DNA of 64,000 bases from an uncultured Gammaproteobacteria bacterium (GTDB lineage Bacteria > Patescibacteriota > Patescibacteriia > UBA9934 > CAZDDW01): contig CAZDDW010000004.1 of NCBI GenBank assembly GCA_964504365.1, positions 14,214 through 78,213 on the forward strand, read 5' to 3'. The notes beneath the pieces are model-generated. The model had not been told where the DNA came from, ran no database searches, and saw nothing but the letters and a program-made list of their open reading frames with translations. Of this stretch, positions 27,214 through 36,797 are shown piece by piece. The position numbers and the translations under genes were made by a program. Every line of letters starts with the position of its first letter. The first letter of the stretch is position 1.

Positions 27214-27822
27214 TCAGGAGTCCAGCCAGGCCCTGAGCTCGGCTTCGGTTGGGTGGTCTGTGGCTATACGACTGAGGTAATTGTCGAAGCTTTCGTCAGG
27301 AGTTGCCTCTTCGGTGAACCTTGTTGTGATTTGTCCCAGATACTGCTGAAGCACACTGCTTGGAAGTTGTTCTGCTGCTGCCGGCTTTTCCGCAGGCATA
27401 CCACTTGAAGCAACGGTTCCAGGGCTGAGAATACCATCGACCTGCAGCTCCAGGCCGCTACTGTCGGTTTCTTTGATTCGGCCGGTAAGACCATGCTCAT
27501 CGAAACCAAGCACCGTTGACACCCGACCTGCTCCACGTATCTCCTGGTCATCGAACTTGATCCCCTTGATCAAGACACAGCCGCCACTGACCCCTTGGTC
27601 AAGTGCAACAACCAAGAACAGGAACGAGTTTCGCGAACGAGCTACGTACACCTCACCAGGTCGCATTTCCAGCACTGGTTTGTAGATACCAGTGTCGTTA
27701 TCGCTTCGGCGATAAGGAACGGTCTGGGTAATGGTCACCATTCGCCCGTCAGGCAAGGAAAGGGTCAGTCCACGCAAGGTTGTTACCAACTCTTGTACGT
27801 CTTGGGTAAAGATCGAGGTCAT
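27214..27822 (-). CDS. hypothetical protein (202 aa), island 2
   Basis: GC-rich ORF with own TTGACA-N17-TATGGT promoter downstream of helicase terminator; no recognisable domain. Confidence 0.45.
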   Translation of the reverse strand: MTSIFTQDVQELVTTLRGLTLSLPDGRMVTITQTVPYRRSDNDTGIYKPVLEMRPGEVYVARSRNSFLFLVVALDQGVSGGCVLIKGIKFDDQEIRGAGRVSTVLGFDEHGLTGRIKETDSSGLELQVDGILSPGTVASSGMPAEKPAAAEQLPSSVLQQYLGQITTRFTEEATPDESFDNYLSRIATDHPTEAELRAWLDS

Positions 27823-27925
27823 GACTTCATCTCCTTTATGAAGGTAATTACCATATCAGACAACAAAGAGGCTGTCAAACCATATCGTTTGTGTTTACTT
27901 ATTAAAAAAGAGGCACTCAAGTGCC

Positions 27926-30900
27926 TCAAGTTGTTAGAGCAATTGCCCCACGGCTGGCCAGCTTTTGCAAAGTGCGCCAATCATGAGCAAAAAGGTCTAG
28001 TGCAGCCTGGTCTGGCGTCAAAGGTCCTGTGTCCGGACGAGCACCCCATCGTTGGAATTCTCTAAGGATGGTCCTTTTAACTGCCTCGTTATCCAAGACA
28101 GTGCCAGATCGACTGGCTAGCGGGTTGACCACTTCGAAGTCGTTATAGACAACTGTGCTTTGGTTACCAGGCTCAGGTCCTTTTCCTTTGCCGTTACGAA
28201 CGTTGATGTTTCGGGCAAGCTCAAAGGTAAAACGGAAAGCCTCATGGTCTGTAAACCGCGGCTTGTTTCCGTTTAGCGAGAACAGAATGGACCAGAAAGC
28301 AAACTTGGGCTTTGTTTTGTGGCCCTCTCCCTTTGGTACGATCAGACCAGAAAGAGGTAGTACATCACAACCCTCGCTGCGTAAGGCACTTACCCAACAC
28401 TCATAAAGCGTTTCATCAAGAGCCTGTCGGTTAAAGGTCAACCAGATCAAGCCGTATGATTCAGTAACGCGGACGAGTTCACGTAGAATCCGAATGCGCT
28501 CTGGCTCTTGTTGGTCTGCTTCCAGATTGGTCCAATCAATAGCCAAAGAACTTACAGTCAATCGGAACCTGTCTGTCCAATCACTGGGTAGCTGAGAAAG
28601 GCGTCCAACCTCAGCATTAGTGCCTTGGTGTGGGGAAAGGGTTCTGCCAAGATCAACGATCGTTGGGTTGATGTCAATCCCGTAGATCGGTTGGTCAAGG
28701 TAGCGTTCCATGGTCAATGGGCCACAGCCAGCATCAAAGATCAGTTCTGGGCGATCCAGGATCCCTGCTGGGATCAATCCACTGGTTAGCGACCGGGTCA
28801 TGAAACGGGCTATGTGCCCGGAAGCTCCAAAGTCCTGAACTTGGACAAAGCTTCTGGCAAATATCTCCGCATTGGTCCGTATGCCAAACTCGGTTGACAG
28901 TCGACGAATGACGCCGTCCTCACCAGCACCGCGCATGTCAGAGGCGATGAGGTTGACATGGTCGGTTGGAGAGCGGGTTAGGCGCTTTAGTCGAGTACTG
29001 TTGGGAGTAGTGTATTCGTTCCACTCCTCTTCAGTCGGTGGAACACGAGCCCTGAAACGAACCAAGTGTTCCCACTTGCGCTTGACCAGCTCATAGCGAC
29101 TCTCATCAGCAGTATCAACAATGTTGTCGTCTCCGACAAGCACTAGTGACAAGTACTCCACAGGCACAGTCAGACCTTCTCTCCAGAAACGACCAAGGAA
29201 CTGTTTCCAAGGCAACCATCCCTGGGCATAGGCGATCACCTTTACCCCTTGGACAGTTGGGTCGTTTCTGACCAGGACAGACAGGTTGATGCTGTCCGGA
29301 CAGGTCTTCATAGAAACCAGCAGGATCCTGGCACGTGGGTCAGTTCGCCAGCGAGCGATCAAAGAATCTCTCGCGTGACTACCAACGCCAACACTGCCAT
29401 CGAGCAACAAAACAGCTTCGTCGCCGTACCACTCCTTCAAGAGCTTGCCAACCCACACCCCGTCATCATCACCTTTGTAGGGCTGGGTTACCCCCTGGAC
29501 ATAAACGCCGGTAGCAACCACCACCTTATGGTTGTGGAGGCATTCGTCTAGCTGTCTTTTTAGCCAGACAAGCTTGGTTGACAGTCGCCAGTCGCTGAAA
29601 CGCTCAGCCATCTCGTCAGGCCAGTCGTAGGCAGTGTTTCCAGTCAGCACGTGCGGCATGTCCGCTGCATGAAGCAGGTGACGCACCTTGGCACTGGCAT
29701 CGATTCCAATTCCGTTACCATTTCCATTCTCTTGCTCAAGGTCAGGTTCGTGATCCTGAACAAAGCGGTACAACTCAGCATGATCCGGATTCATTTCAAG
29801 TGGCACTGGCCCGAACAGGTCCTCCCACGGCTGTGGGTTGATTGTTGGCAGGTCGCGCACCTCTTGAAGTTCTATGTCCAGGATACAGGTCCCGAAGATG
29901 GCTCGGAGCAAGCGGGGGCTGGCAAACACACCAGAACTGACAAACCGTTCTGGGTCTGGGAACAGGTCTGGTCTCAAGATCGTGGCCAAAGCAGCGCACT
30001 CAACAGGAGAATTCTCCCAAGGAGTTACTGAAAGGGCCAAAACCTTTTTCAGACGTGCCTCAGCACCCTTAATGATCGTCAGACAAGCAAGGGCTCGTTG
30101 TGCCGCGCTTTTTCCAAGGACATTTTTTCCGTATTGACACTCATCCCAAATCACACCATCGAAAGCCAGTTTGCTAAGAGCACTGACAATTTCAGGCCTG
30201 GTAAGGTTTGAATAGCCAACAACGATAAATCTGGCATTCCTTGGAATAAAGGCAACATCACGAATGCCTCGAATTACATGTACCACACCAGGCCGCCTAG
30301 CCCAGGGGAAGTAAATCTTTAGCTCGTTTTCCCAGTTGTCTCGAGCGCCAGGCGCACAAAAGACCAGGGTCTGTTGACAGCCAGCCTGAAGAACGTCAAG
30401 GGCCGCGTAACTGGTTTTGTACGTACCAGTATCTCCAATGTTGAGAACTCGCGACTCGTCTTTGGAACGAGCCAGCCACCAGCGCACATGAAGAGCTGGG
30501 AACATCCGGCTGTTGATCGTTTCGATCGTGTCCGGATAGGTCGTGGTCAAAAGGGCTTCGATGCGTTCGTGAGCGATTTGCCACACCTTACGTTCGTAGT
30601 CGTTGTTTGCTGCGGCCCGCTCTTCTCTTACGAAGTCATGGCCCAAATCAACGTCACGACTGAACCAGTAAAGCAACTCGCGTATACGACAATCAACATC
30701 CAGATCCAGAACCTCGGTTGGAATTCCTTTGATGATTTCCGGGTCGATCACTACCTTGGCGCCTGAATCGGTGCGGTTGGTGTTGAGTGGTCGTACCGTA
30801 ACCACACCCAGATTGGCCCGAAGTTTCATGTCTGCTTGGAGCTTGAGCACCAGGCGCGTCATCCATTCCACGTCTCCGTAGAAGAATTCAGGACAAACAC

Positions 30901-31147
30901 GGACAATCGCGTGAGCCAGGGCTTCGGGGAATGCTTCGAACCGTTCCCAGATAAAACGAAGTAAATCGTTTTTGTTGATTTGCTCAGCAAACAACGACGA
31001 CTTGTTTTCTACAACCTCAGCCAAACACTGATCAAGGTCCTTATCAGTCAGGTCACCACGTTGGTGGAGGAAGCGCAGGAATTCGTACTTCTTCTCGTTC
31101 TCTGGCATTTTGGCTAGCAGCGATACTATTTGTTGATGACTAAGCAT
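27926..31147 (-). CDS. SNF2-family helicase/ATPase fused to C-terminal class-I SAM-dependent methyltransferase domain, island 2
   Basis: helicase motifs IGDTGTYKT (I), VIWDECQYGKN (II), ALSVTPWEN (III), LLVSMKTCPDSINL and QGWLPWKQFLGRFWREG (V/VI); MTase motif I LIFDAGCGPL and IYGIDINP; start set at ATG 31147 (GGAGAGG SD) since the ORF-track GTG at 31240 lies inside the terminator/-35 element. Confidence 0.7.
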   Translation of the reverse strand: MLSHQQIVSLLAKMPENEKKYEFLRFLHQRGDLTDKDLDQCLAEVVENKSSLFAEQINKNDLLRFIWERFEAFPEALAHAIVRVCPEFFYGDVEWMTRLVLKLQADMKLRANLGVVTVRPLNTNRTDSGAKVVIDPEIIKGIPTEVLDLDVDCRIRELLYWFSRDVDLGHDFVREERAAANNDYERKVWQIAHERIEALLTTTYPDTIETINSRMFPALHVRWWLARSKDESRVLNIGDTGTYKTSYAALDVLQAGCQQTLVFCAPGARDNWENELKIYFPWARRPGVVHVIRGIRDVAFIPRNARFIVVGYSNLTRPEIVSALSKLAFDGVIWDECQYGKNVLGKSAAQRALACLTIIKGAEARLKKVLALSVTPWENSPVECAALATILRPDLFPDPERFVSSGVFASPRLLRAIFGTCILDIELQEVRDLPTINPQPWEDLFGPVPLEMNPDHAELYRFVQDHEPDLEQENGNGNGIGIDASAKVRHLLHAADMPHVLTGNTAYDWPDEMAERFSDWRLSTKLVWLKRQLDECLHNHKVVVATGVYVQGVTQPYKGDDDGVWVGKLLKEWYGDEAVLLLDGSVGVGSHARDSLIARWRTDPRARILLVSMKTCPDSINLSVLVRNDPTVQGVKVIAYAQGWLPWKQFLGRFWREGLTVPVEYLSLVLVGDDNIVDTADESRYELVKRKWEHLVRFRARVPPTEEEWNEYTTPNSTRLKRLTRSPTDHVNLIASDMRGAGEDGVIRRLSTEFGIRTNAEIFARSFVQVQDFGASGHIARFMTRSLTSGLIPAGILDRPELIFDAGCGPLTMERYLDQPIYGIDINPTIVDLGRTLSPHQGTNAEVGRLSQLPSDWTDRFRLTVSSLAIDWTNLEADQQEPERIRILRELVRVTESYGLIWLTFNRQALDETLYECWVSALRSEGCDVLPLSGLIVPKGEGHKTKPKFAFWSILFSLNGNKPRFTDHEAFRFTFELARNINVRNGKGKGPEPGNQSTVVYNDFEVVNPLASRSGTVLDNEAVKRTILREFQRWGARPDTGPLTPDQAALDLFAHDWRTLQKLASRGAIALTT

Positions 31148-31224
31148 CAAACCTCTCCGTTCCTTGTATTGCACAAGAAAATATTGAAAAGACCAAGGGA
31201 CCTTTTTAACAGATATAAGCCAAA

Positions 31225-31258
31225 TTGTCAATAAAAACACCCATCCAAGTGGATGGGT
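31225..31258 (-). terminator. intrinsic terminator after sigma-factor gene (ACCCATCC/GGATGGGT + GTTTTTATTGACAA)
   Basis: minus strand ctctaaACCCATCCacttGGATGGGTgtttttattgacaa. Confidence 0.65.
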
Positions 31259-32527
31259 TTAGAGTTCTGTTTCTTGGTTGACAATGGTGTGCAGGTCGCT
31301 GAACCACTGGCCTGGTGGCGCAACCTGATCATCGAGCTCGATTATTGCTTGGCCTCCACCATTGCAATAACTGAATCGGCAGAATTGAGCAGCTCCTGTC
31401 ACCAGTATGGTTTTTTCTTCTTTGTCTATCTTATCAGAGAACAGTAGTCCACAAGCAACTAGTTTCTGATAAAAAGCTTGACCCAGTTGATCCCTGATAC
31501 CAGATACACCATATTCGGCATCGGCTACATGCAATAGTGTTGCGGCTTGAGCGAGGCTGACAGAAATCTCCCAGAACACGGGTGCAGACCCGTTATTTTC
31601 TAGAGGCCGCCTGTCAACGTCTTGTATATCATCCAACTCATCTAGGCTGTTGGCACCTAAGTCAACCAACGCCTGTTTCATTTTATCTTTGGCTCTGATT
31701 TCGAGCTGTCTTATTCTTTCGCGACTGATACCTAGAGATTTTCCAAGTACTCGTAGCGACACTTTTTGCTCTAGGTAGCGGTGCTCAATAATGAAGCGTT
31801 CTCTTTCACTCAAGACGCCCAAAGCCAGTTCGGCTAATGCACGTTGATGCTCATTTTCCCGTGTAGAATCAACAGAATCTTCAGGTGAAGGGGTGTCTTC
31901 ATCTTCCAGCAGATCGATGAACATTACCTCAGAGTCATCCGAGGCTTTGTTGTGCAACGAAAGATCCTGGCCACTTAGACGCATGTCCATTTCGCGCACT
32001 ACTTTTTCATCTACACCGAGCTCGACGGCTATCAAAGACAGGCGCTCGTCTCCTGTTAGATCCAGATTTTTGTACTCTACCTTAGCCCGGGCTCGTCCGA
32101 GCCCACTGAAAACCTTTCTCTGTTTTTGGGTGGTTCCCATGCGGACTTGAGATCGGCTTCTGAGAATGAATTCCTTTATTTCGGCCTTCATCCAGTACTT
32201 GGCGTAGCCCAAGAACCTGACACCGCGGTCTGGATCAAAGCGCGTAATGGCTCGACATATACCAATCAAGGCCTGTTGAAGCAGTTCTTCCGCAGGAACA
32301 TGCCTGTTTGCATAACGCTTTGATAATTTAACAGCGTATTTGATATTTGCATCAACCAGGGCTGAGACAGCCTCTTTGTCTCCTGATTTGGCCAGGGCAA
32401 CCAGATCAAGTTCTTCATTTCGTTTAAGAATACGTACGGTTGGATTGCTAAGGTGCTTTGTTATGATCGGGGACAGGTCTGGTCTTTTGACATAACCCAA
32501 TCTATTCTCCCTTTCAGGTCGGAGCAT
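31259..32527 (-). CDS. sigma-70 family RNA polymerase sigma factor, RpoH (sigma-32)-like, with about 130-aa C-terminal extension of unknown function
   Basis: region 2 FLGYAKYWMKAEIKEFILRSR; RpoH-box-like MGTTQKQRKVFSGLGRA; region 4.2 HTH LGISRERIRQLEIRAKDKM; GC-rich. Confidence 0.75.
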   Translation of the reverse strand: MLRPERENRLGYVKRPDLSPIITKHLSNPTVRILKRNEELDLVALAKSGDKEAVSALVDANIKYAVKLSKRYANRHVPAEELLQQALIGICRAITRFDPDRGVRFLGYAKYWMKAEIKEFILRSRSQVRMGTTQKQRKVFSGLGRARAKVEYKNLDLTGDERLSLIAVELGVDEKVVREMDMRLSGQDLSLHNKASDDSEVMFIDLLEDEDTPSPEDSVDSTRENEHQRALAELALGVLSERERFIIEHRYLEQKVSLRVLGKSLGISRERIRQLEIRAKDKMKQALVDLGANSLDELDDIQDVDRRPLENNGSAPVFWEISVSLAQAATLLHVADAEYGVSGIRDQLGQAFYQKLVACGLLFSDKIDKEEKTILVTGAAQFCRFSYCNGGGQAIIELDDQVAPPGQWFSDLHTIVNQETEL

Positions 32528-32544
32528 AACTTGCTATATCGTTT

Positions 32545-32590
32545 TTGTCAATCAAAAAGCGGGGTCAAGGGACCCCGCCTATTCTATATT
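32545..32590 (-). terminator. intrinsic terminator after hppA (GCGGGGTC/GACCCCGC + CTTTTTGATTGACA)
   Basis: minus strand aggcGGGGTCccttGACCCCgctttttgattgacaaaaac. Confidence 0.65.
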
Positions 32591-32595
32591 CTGTA

Positions 32596-34587
32596 TTAAA
32601 CAATCAGAGCCACAATCAGCAAGGCAACAATGTTTAAGATCTTGATCATTGGGTTAATTGCTGGGCCAGCAGTATCCTTGTAGGGATCACCAACTGTATC
32701 TCCAGTAACCGCGGCATCATGAGCCGCAGATTTTTTACCACCAAAATTACCCATCTCAATGTACTTCTTAGCGTTGTCCCAAGCACCACCACCAGTGGTC
32801 ATGGAAATAGCTACGAACAGGCCAGTCACAATAGAACCGATCAATAGACCACCAAGAGCTTCGGGGCCAAGCAGCCAACCAACTAAGATTGGGGCAACTA
32901 CAGGAATTAACGCAGGCACGACCATTTGACTAATAGCGGATCGGGTTACGATATCTACCGCTTTTCCATATTCAGGCTTTGTTTCACCTTCCATGATTCC
33001 TTTGATCTCACGGAACTGGCGGCGTACTTCTTCAACAACCTTACCAGCTGTTTTTCCAACCGCTTCCATGGCAAACGAGGCAAACAGGTATGGGAGCAAT
33101 CCACCAATAAACAAACCAGCAATAATACGAGGATCAGAAAGCTGGAAAGCAAAGTCGTGTCCCAGGCGCAGTAGCTCTTCTGTATACGCACCAAAGAGAA
33201 CCAAGGTGGCAAGTCCGGCTGAACCAATAGCATATGCCTTGGTTACAGCTTTGGTTGTGTTTCCAACAGCGTCGAGTGGGTCAGTAATCTCGCGCACTTC
33301 TTTTGGTAATCCAGACATTTCAGCAATTCCACCAGCATTATCTGTAATTGGTCCGTAAGCATCAATGGCCACAATTACGCCAGTCAAAGAAAGCATTGCT
33401 ACAGCAGCAATAGCTACTCCATAAAGACCAGAGAAAAAGAAAGCAGCCAAGATTCCCATGGCAATCAAGAATACGGGCAAAGCGGTTGATCGCATTGACA
33501 AGGCCAGTCCGGCAATCACGTTAGTACCATGACCACTCTGGCTTGCTTCAGCAACCTTTTGTACCGGTTTGTACTGAGTTCCTGTGTAGTATTCAGTTAA
33601 GAGAATCAGTGCGGCAGTAACAACTAGTCCAACCAAAGAGCTATAAAATAGATTCATTGGATTTAGATCTACAATACCGCCCATCATCCAGTTTGTAATA
33701 AAGTAGAAACCAATCGCTGACAGAACACCAGAAACAACAAGTCCTTTATATAATGCACCCATGATATTTTTCTTTGGTCCAAGTTTGATAAAGAAAACAC
33801 CAATGATACAAGCAATGATGGCTAAAGCACCAATGGCTAAGGGGTATTCAAGAACAGCAGTTACATCACCGTAAGTCAGCTTCCCTAGGAACATTGTGGC
33901 TACTATGGTCACAGCGTATGTTTCAAATAGGTCAGCGGCCATACCAGCACAGTCACCAACATTATCACCAACATTGTCAGCAATTACAGCCGGGTTGCGC
34001 GGGTCGTCTTCTGGAATTCCTGCCTCTACTTTTCCAACCAAGTCTGCTCCAACGTCAGCGGCTTTGGTAAAGATACCGCCACCAAGCCGAGCAAATACAC
34101 TAATTAATGATCCACCAAAACCAAGACCGATCAAAGCTTCGACGTTATGGGTCAAAGCAAAGAAACCAGCCACGGCCAGCAAACCAAGGCCAACTACAAA
34201 GAAGCCTGTTACAGCCCCACCACGAACGGCCACGGCTAAGGCCTCAAGCATTCCTTTCTTAGCAGCTTCGGTTGTGCGCACGTTGGCACGGACAGAAACG
34301 GCCATTCCAATTGCTCCGGCAATTCCAGAGAACACTGCTCCGACTAAGAAGCCAAGAGCGATAGTCCAACCCAGCCCAAAACCGAGTAGTAAAAAAACAA
34401 CCACCCCGATCCAACCGATCACGGTGTATTGACGCGTCATATAAGCATTAGCTCCTTCCTGAATGGCAAGAGCAATACCCTTCATCTTTCCCTCTCCTGC
34501 TGGCTGACGTAGAATCCAGCGGGCGAGCACCGCACCATATAGGATGGCAATCACTGCGGCAAAAATCGCATAAACTGTTATGCTCAT
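32596..34587 (-). CDS. hppA: membrane-bound proton/sodium-translocating pyrophosphatase
   Basis: conserved [28 protein letters not shown] and EYYT motifs; about 15 TM helices; 663 aa. Confidence 0.95.
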   Translation of the reverse strand: MSITVYAIFAAVIAILYGAVLARWILRQPAGEGKMKGIALAIQEGANAYMTRQYTVIGWIGVVVFLLLGFGLGWTIALGFLVGAVFSGIAGAIGMAVSVRANVRTTEAAKKGMLEALAVAVRGGAVTGFFVVGLGLLAVAGFFALTHNVEALIGLGFGGSLISVFARLGGGIFTKAADVGADLVGKVEAGIPEDDPRNPAVIADNVGDNVGDCAGMAADLFETYAVTIVATMFLGKLTYGDVTAVLEYPLAIGALAIIACIIGVFFIKLGPKKNIMGALYKGLVVSGVLSAIGFYFITNWMMGGIVDLNPMNLFYSSLVGLVVTAALILLTEYYTGTQYKPVQKVAEASQSGHGTNVIAGLALSMRSTALPVFLIAMGILAAFFFSGLYGVAIAAVAMLSLTGVIVAIDAYGPITDNAGGIAEMSGLPKEVREITDPLDAVGNTTKAVTKAYAIGSAGLATLVLFGAYTEELLRLGHDFAFQLSDPRIIAGLFIGGLLPYLFASFAMEAVGKTAGKVVEEVRRQFREIKGIMEGETKPEYGKAVDIVTRSAISQMVVPALIPVVAPILVGWLLGPEALGGLLIGSIVTGLFVAISMTTGGGAWDNAKKYIEMGNFGGKKSAAHDAAVTGDTVGDPYKDTAGPAINPMIKILNIVALLIVALIV

Positions 34588-34656
34588 AGAGTGAAGTTAT
34601 GTATTAATTGATTTATAAGTTACAAGCGGTTAATATGATATTAGGAATAAGATCTT

Positions 34657-35274
34657 ATGTCAATCCGAAAATCCCCAACCTTTAAAGAAGAGCGAGCCTT
34701 GCTTGAATCTGGTTATACGGCAATTGTTGGTGTTGATGAAGCGGGTTGTGGGGCATTGGCCGGGCCAGTTGTGGCTGCGGCTGTTATTTTTCCGCTCAGT
34801 TCTCGATTGGCTCAGGTTAAGGATTCCAAGCTGCTTAGTCCAGAAGCTCGTGATAAGTTATATAATTTAATCATAGGCAAAGCTGAGGCAGTGGGGGTTG
34901 CCCAGGCCTCAGTTGAAGAAATAACTAAGCACAACATTCGTCAGGCTACATTTTTGGCTATGCGCAGGGCAATTGATCAGATTGATCAGGTCGATTATGT
35001 TTTGGTTGATGGTTGGATGTTGCCTGGTATTCCAGTGCCACAAAAGCGAATTATCAAGGGCGACCGGACCGTAAAGTCAATTGCTGCTGCTTCGATCATT
35101 GCTAAGGTGACTCGGGACCGAATCATGGTACAATATGCTGAGGCACATCCGGAATATGGGTTTGATCAGCACAAGGGGTACGGTACTGAAGGGCACCTAA
35201 AGACGATTGCTAAGCACGGTCCATGCCCGATCCACAGGACCAGTTTCAAACCATTCCATCAGACCTTATTTTAG
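34657..35274 (+). CDS. rnhB: ribonuclease HII
   Basis: VGVDEAGCGALAGPVVAAAVIF active-site region (DEAG), ...DSKLLS..., ...GYGT... motifs; 205 aa. Confidence 0.85.
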   Translation: MSIRKSPTFKEERALLESGYTAIVGVDEAGCGALAGPVVAAAVIFPLSSRLAQVKDSKLLSPEARDKLYNLIIGKAEAVGVAQASVEEITKHNIRQATFLAMRRAIDQIDQVDYVLVDGWMLPGIPVPQKRIIKGDRTVKSIAAASIIAKVTRDRIMVQYAEAHPEYGFDQHKGYGTEGHLKTIAKHGPCPIHRTSFKPFHQTLF

Positions 35275-35408
35275 TCAAAAATTGGGGGTTAGGGGTTGAC
35301 ATTTTAGCCCTTTTATAGTATCCTCTTGGCACTAAATCTTGTAAATTGTCGGTTTGGAAAAGGCCGTAATTCAGGAAAAGGAAGACGTCAGCCGCTCCAG
35401 TTTGCAAG

Positions 35409-36740
35409 ATGTGCGAGGTTTATATAAGTATTACTATCAAACAATTCGGAGTACGATTTCTGCTCGTAATTTTGCGCGGGTTAGTTGTTGTAAAACAGAA
35501 GATTCGACCTACCTGCCGTGTGGTTTTTTGGCCAGTGGCGTTAGTAGGGCGATTTTTGTTTCGTTTTGTGGTTGTGCAGCTATATCGTCTTGGGTTTTTG
35601 ACAAAACGTCAGCTGGGCCGTGTTTACAACCCGGCAAAGAACCGGATCGTATATTTATTTTCCAATCGTTATGCAATTCACTTTGCAGTGATTGCTATTA
35701 CTGCCGTGGTTAGTGTGGTTAACTTTTCTGGTTCTGAGGTGCGAGCTGAAAATTTTGGTGAGCGCAGTACTTTGTATGGATTAGTGGCAGGAAACAAAGA
35801 CAATCTTTCAATTGTAGAAGAAGTTTCTATTGAGGAGGTGCGTGTACCAGAACCATCAAGTTATCTTGGTGAAGGTTTGGTTGTAAATGAGGCACGGATT
35901 TTTTACGGAGAGGCCGAAGGCTTGCTTGTAAAGACCACTGCCGGTGGTGGTGCGTTAGTTGCTCCGACCATGGCCGAGTCTGCAGAGAGCATTGCCCCAA
36001 GAACCGAGGTTGAGTTGTATGTTGTTCAGCCCGGTGATACAGCCAGTGGAATTGCTGAGGGCTTTGGTATTTCAACATCAACCTTGCTCTGGGCCAATGA
36101 CCTTTCATATTGGAGCTACATCCGTCCTGGAGACGAGCTGAACATTCCTCCAGTCAGCGGTGTCTTACACACCGTGGCCAGTGGAGATACGGTTTCAAGT
36201 ATTGCCAAGAAATATGAGGCAAATACAGAAAAGATTATTGCTTTCAATAAATTAGCCAGTGCTGATGATCTGGTAATAGGTGAAGATATTATCGTGCCAG
36301 AAGGAAAAAAGCGTACGGTTGTACCAACAACCACAAGTACGTATTCTGCGCCGTCAAGCTCTTCGTCTGCCCCATATTCTGGTGGTGGTTGGTACTGGCC
36401 AACTGACTGGCGTGTGATTACTCAGTACTATGGATGGCGCCACAATGGTCTTGATATTGATGGTAACTATTCGACCAACAACTATGCAGCTAAGTCTGGT
36501 GTGGTTAAATATGCTGGCTGGTTAGGTGGTTATGGGTTATTGGTGACCATTGATCACGGGGGTGGAATCGAGACTCGATACGGACACTTTAGTTCCATTG
36601 CTGTATCTCCTGGACAATATGTTGATGGCGGTCAGTACTTAGGAAAGGTTGGTACTACTGGACGATCAACTGGAACCCACCTTCACTTTGAGATCCGTGT
36701 TAATGGACAAACCAGAAATCCACTTGAATATATTCGATAA
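35409..36740 (+). CDS. LysM-domain M23-family metallopeptidase (start uncertain; long structured leader 35300-35700)
   Basis: two LysM repeats (YVVQPGDTASGIAEGFGIS..., HTVASGDTVSSIAKKYEAN...), M23 motifs HNGLDIDG and GTHLHFEIRVNG; N-terminal region has no clear start/RBS. Confidence 0.75.
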   Translation: MCEVYISITIKQFGVRFLLVILRGLVVVKQKIRPTCRVVFWPVALVGRFLFRFVVVQLYRLGFLTKRQLGRVYNPAKNRIVYLFSNRYAIHFAVIAITAVVSVVNFSGSEVRAENFGERSTLYGLVAGNKDNLSIVEEVSIEEVRVPEPSSYLGEGLVVNEARIFYGEAEGLLVKTTAGGGALVAPTMAESAESIAPRTEVELYVVQPGDTASGIAEGFGISTSTLLWANDLSYWSYIRPGDELNIPPVSGVLHTVASGDTVSSIAKKYEANTEKIIAFNKLASADDLVIGEDIIVPEGKKRTVVPTTTSTYSAPSSSSSAPYSGGGWYWPTDWRVITQYYGWRHNGLDIDGNYSTNNYAAKSGVVKYAGWLGGYGLLVTIDHGGGIETRYGHFSSIAVSPGQYVDGGQYLGKVGTTGRSTGTHLHFEIRVNGQTRNPLEYIR

Positions 36741-36797
36741 GATGTAAGGGCCGACCAATGTGTCGGCTCTTTTTGATTTCTGCTATAATGCTTTTAT

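Noticed and set aside
31148-31240. N-terminal 31-codon extension of the SNF2-MTase ORF from a GTG at 31240
   Set aside because: The extension would begin inside the sigma-gene terminator hairpin/TTGACA box. The ATG at 31147 has a strong SD.
35354-35713. 119-aa ORF overlapping the 5' end of the LysM/M23 peptidase gene
   Set aside because: Cys-rich low-complexity product in an alternative frame of a probable leader region; retained only as a note on start-site uncertainty.
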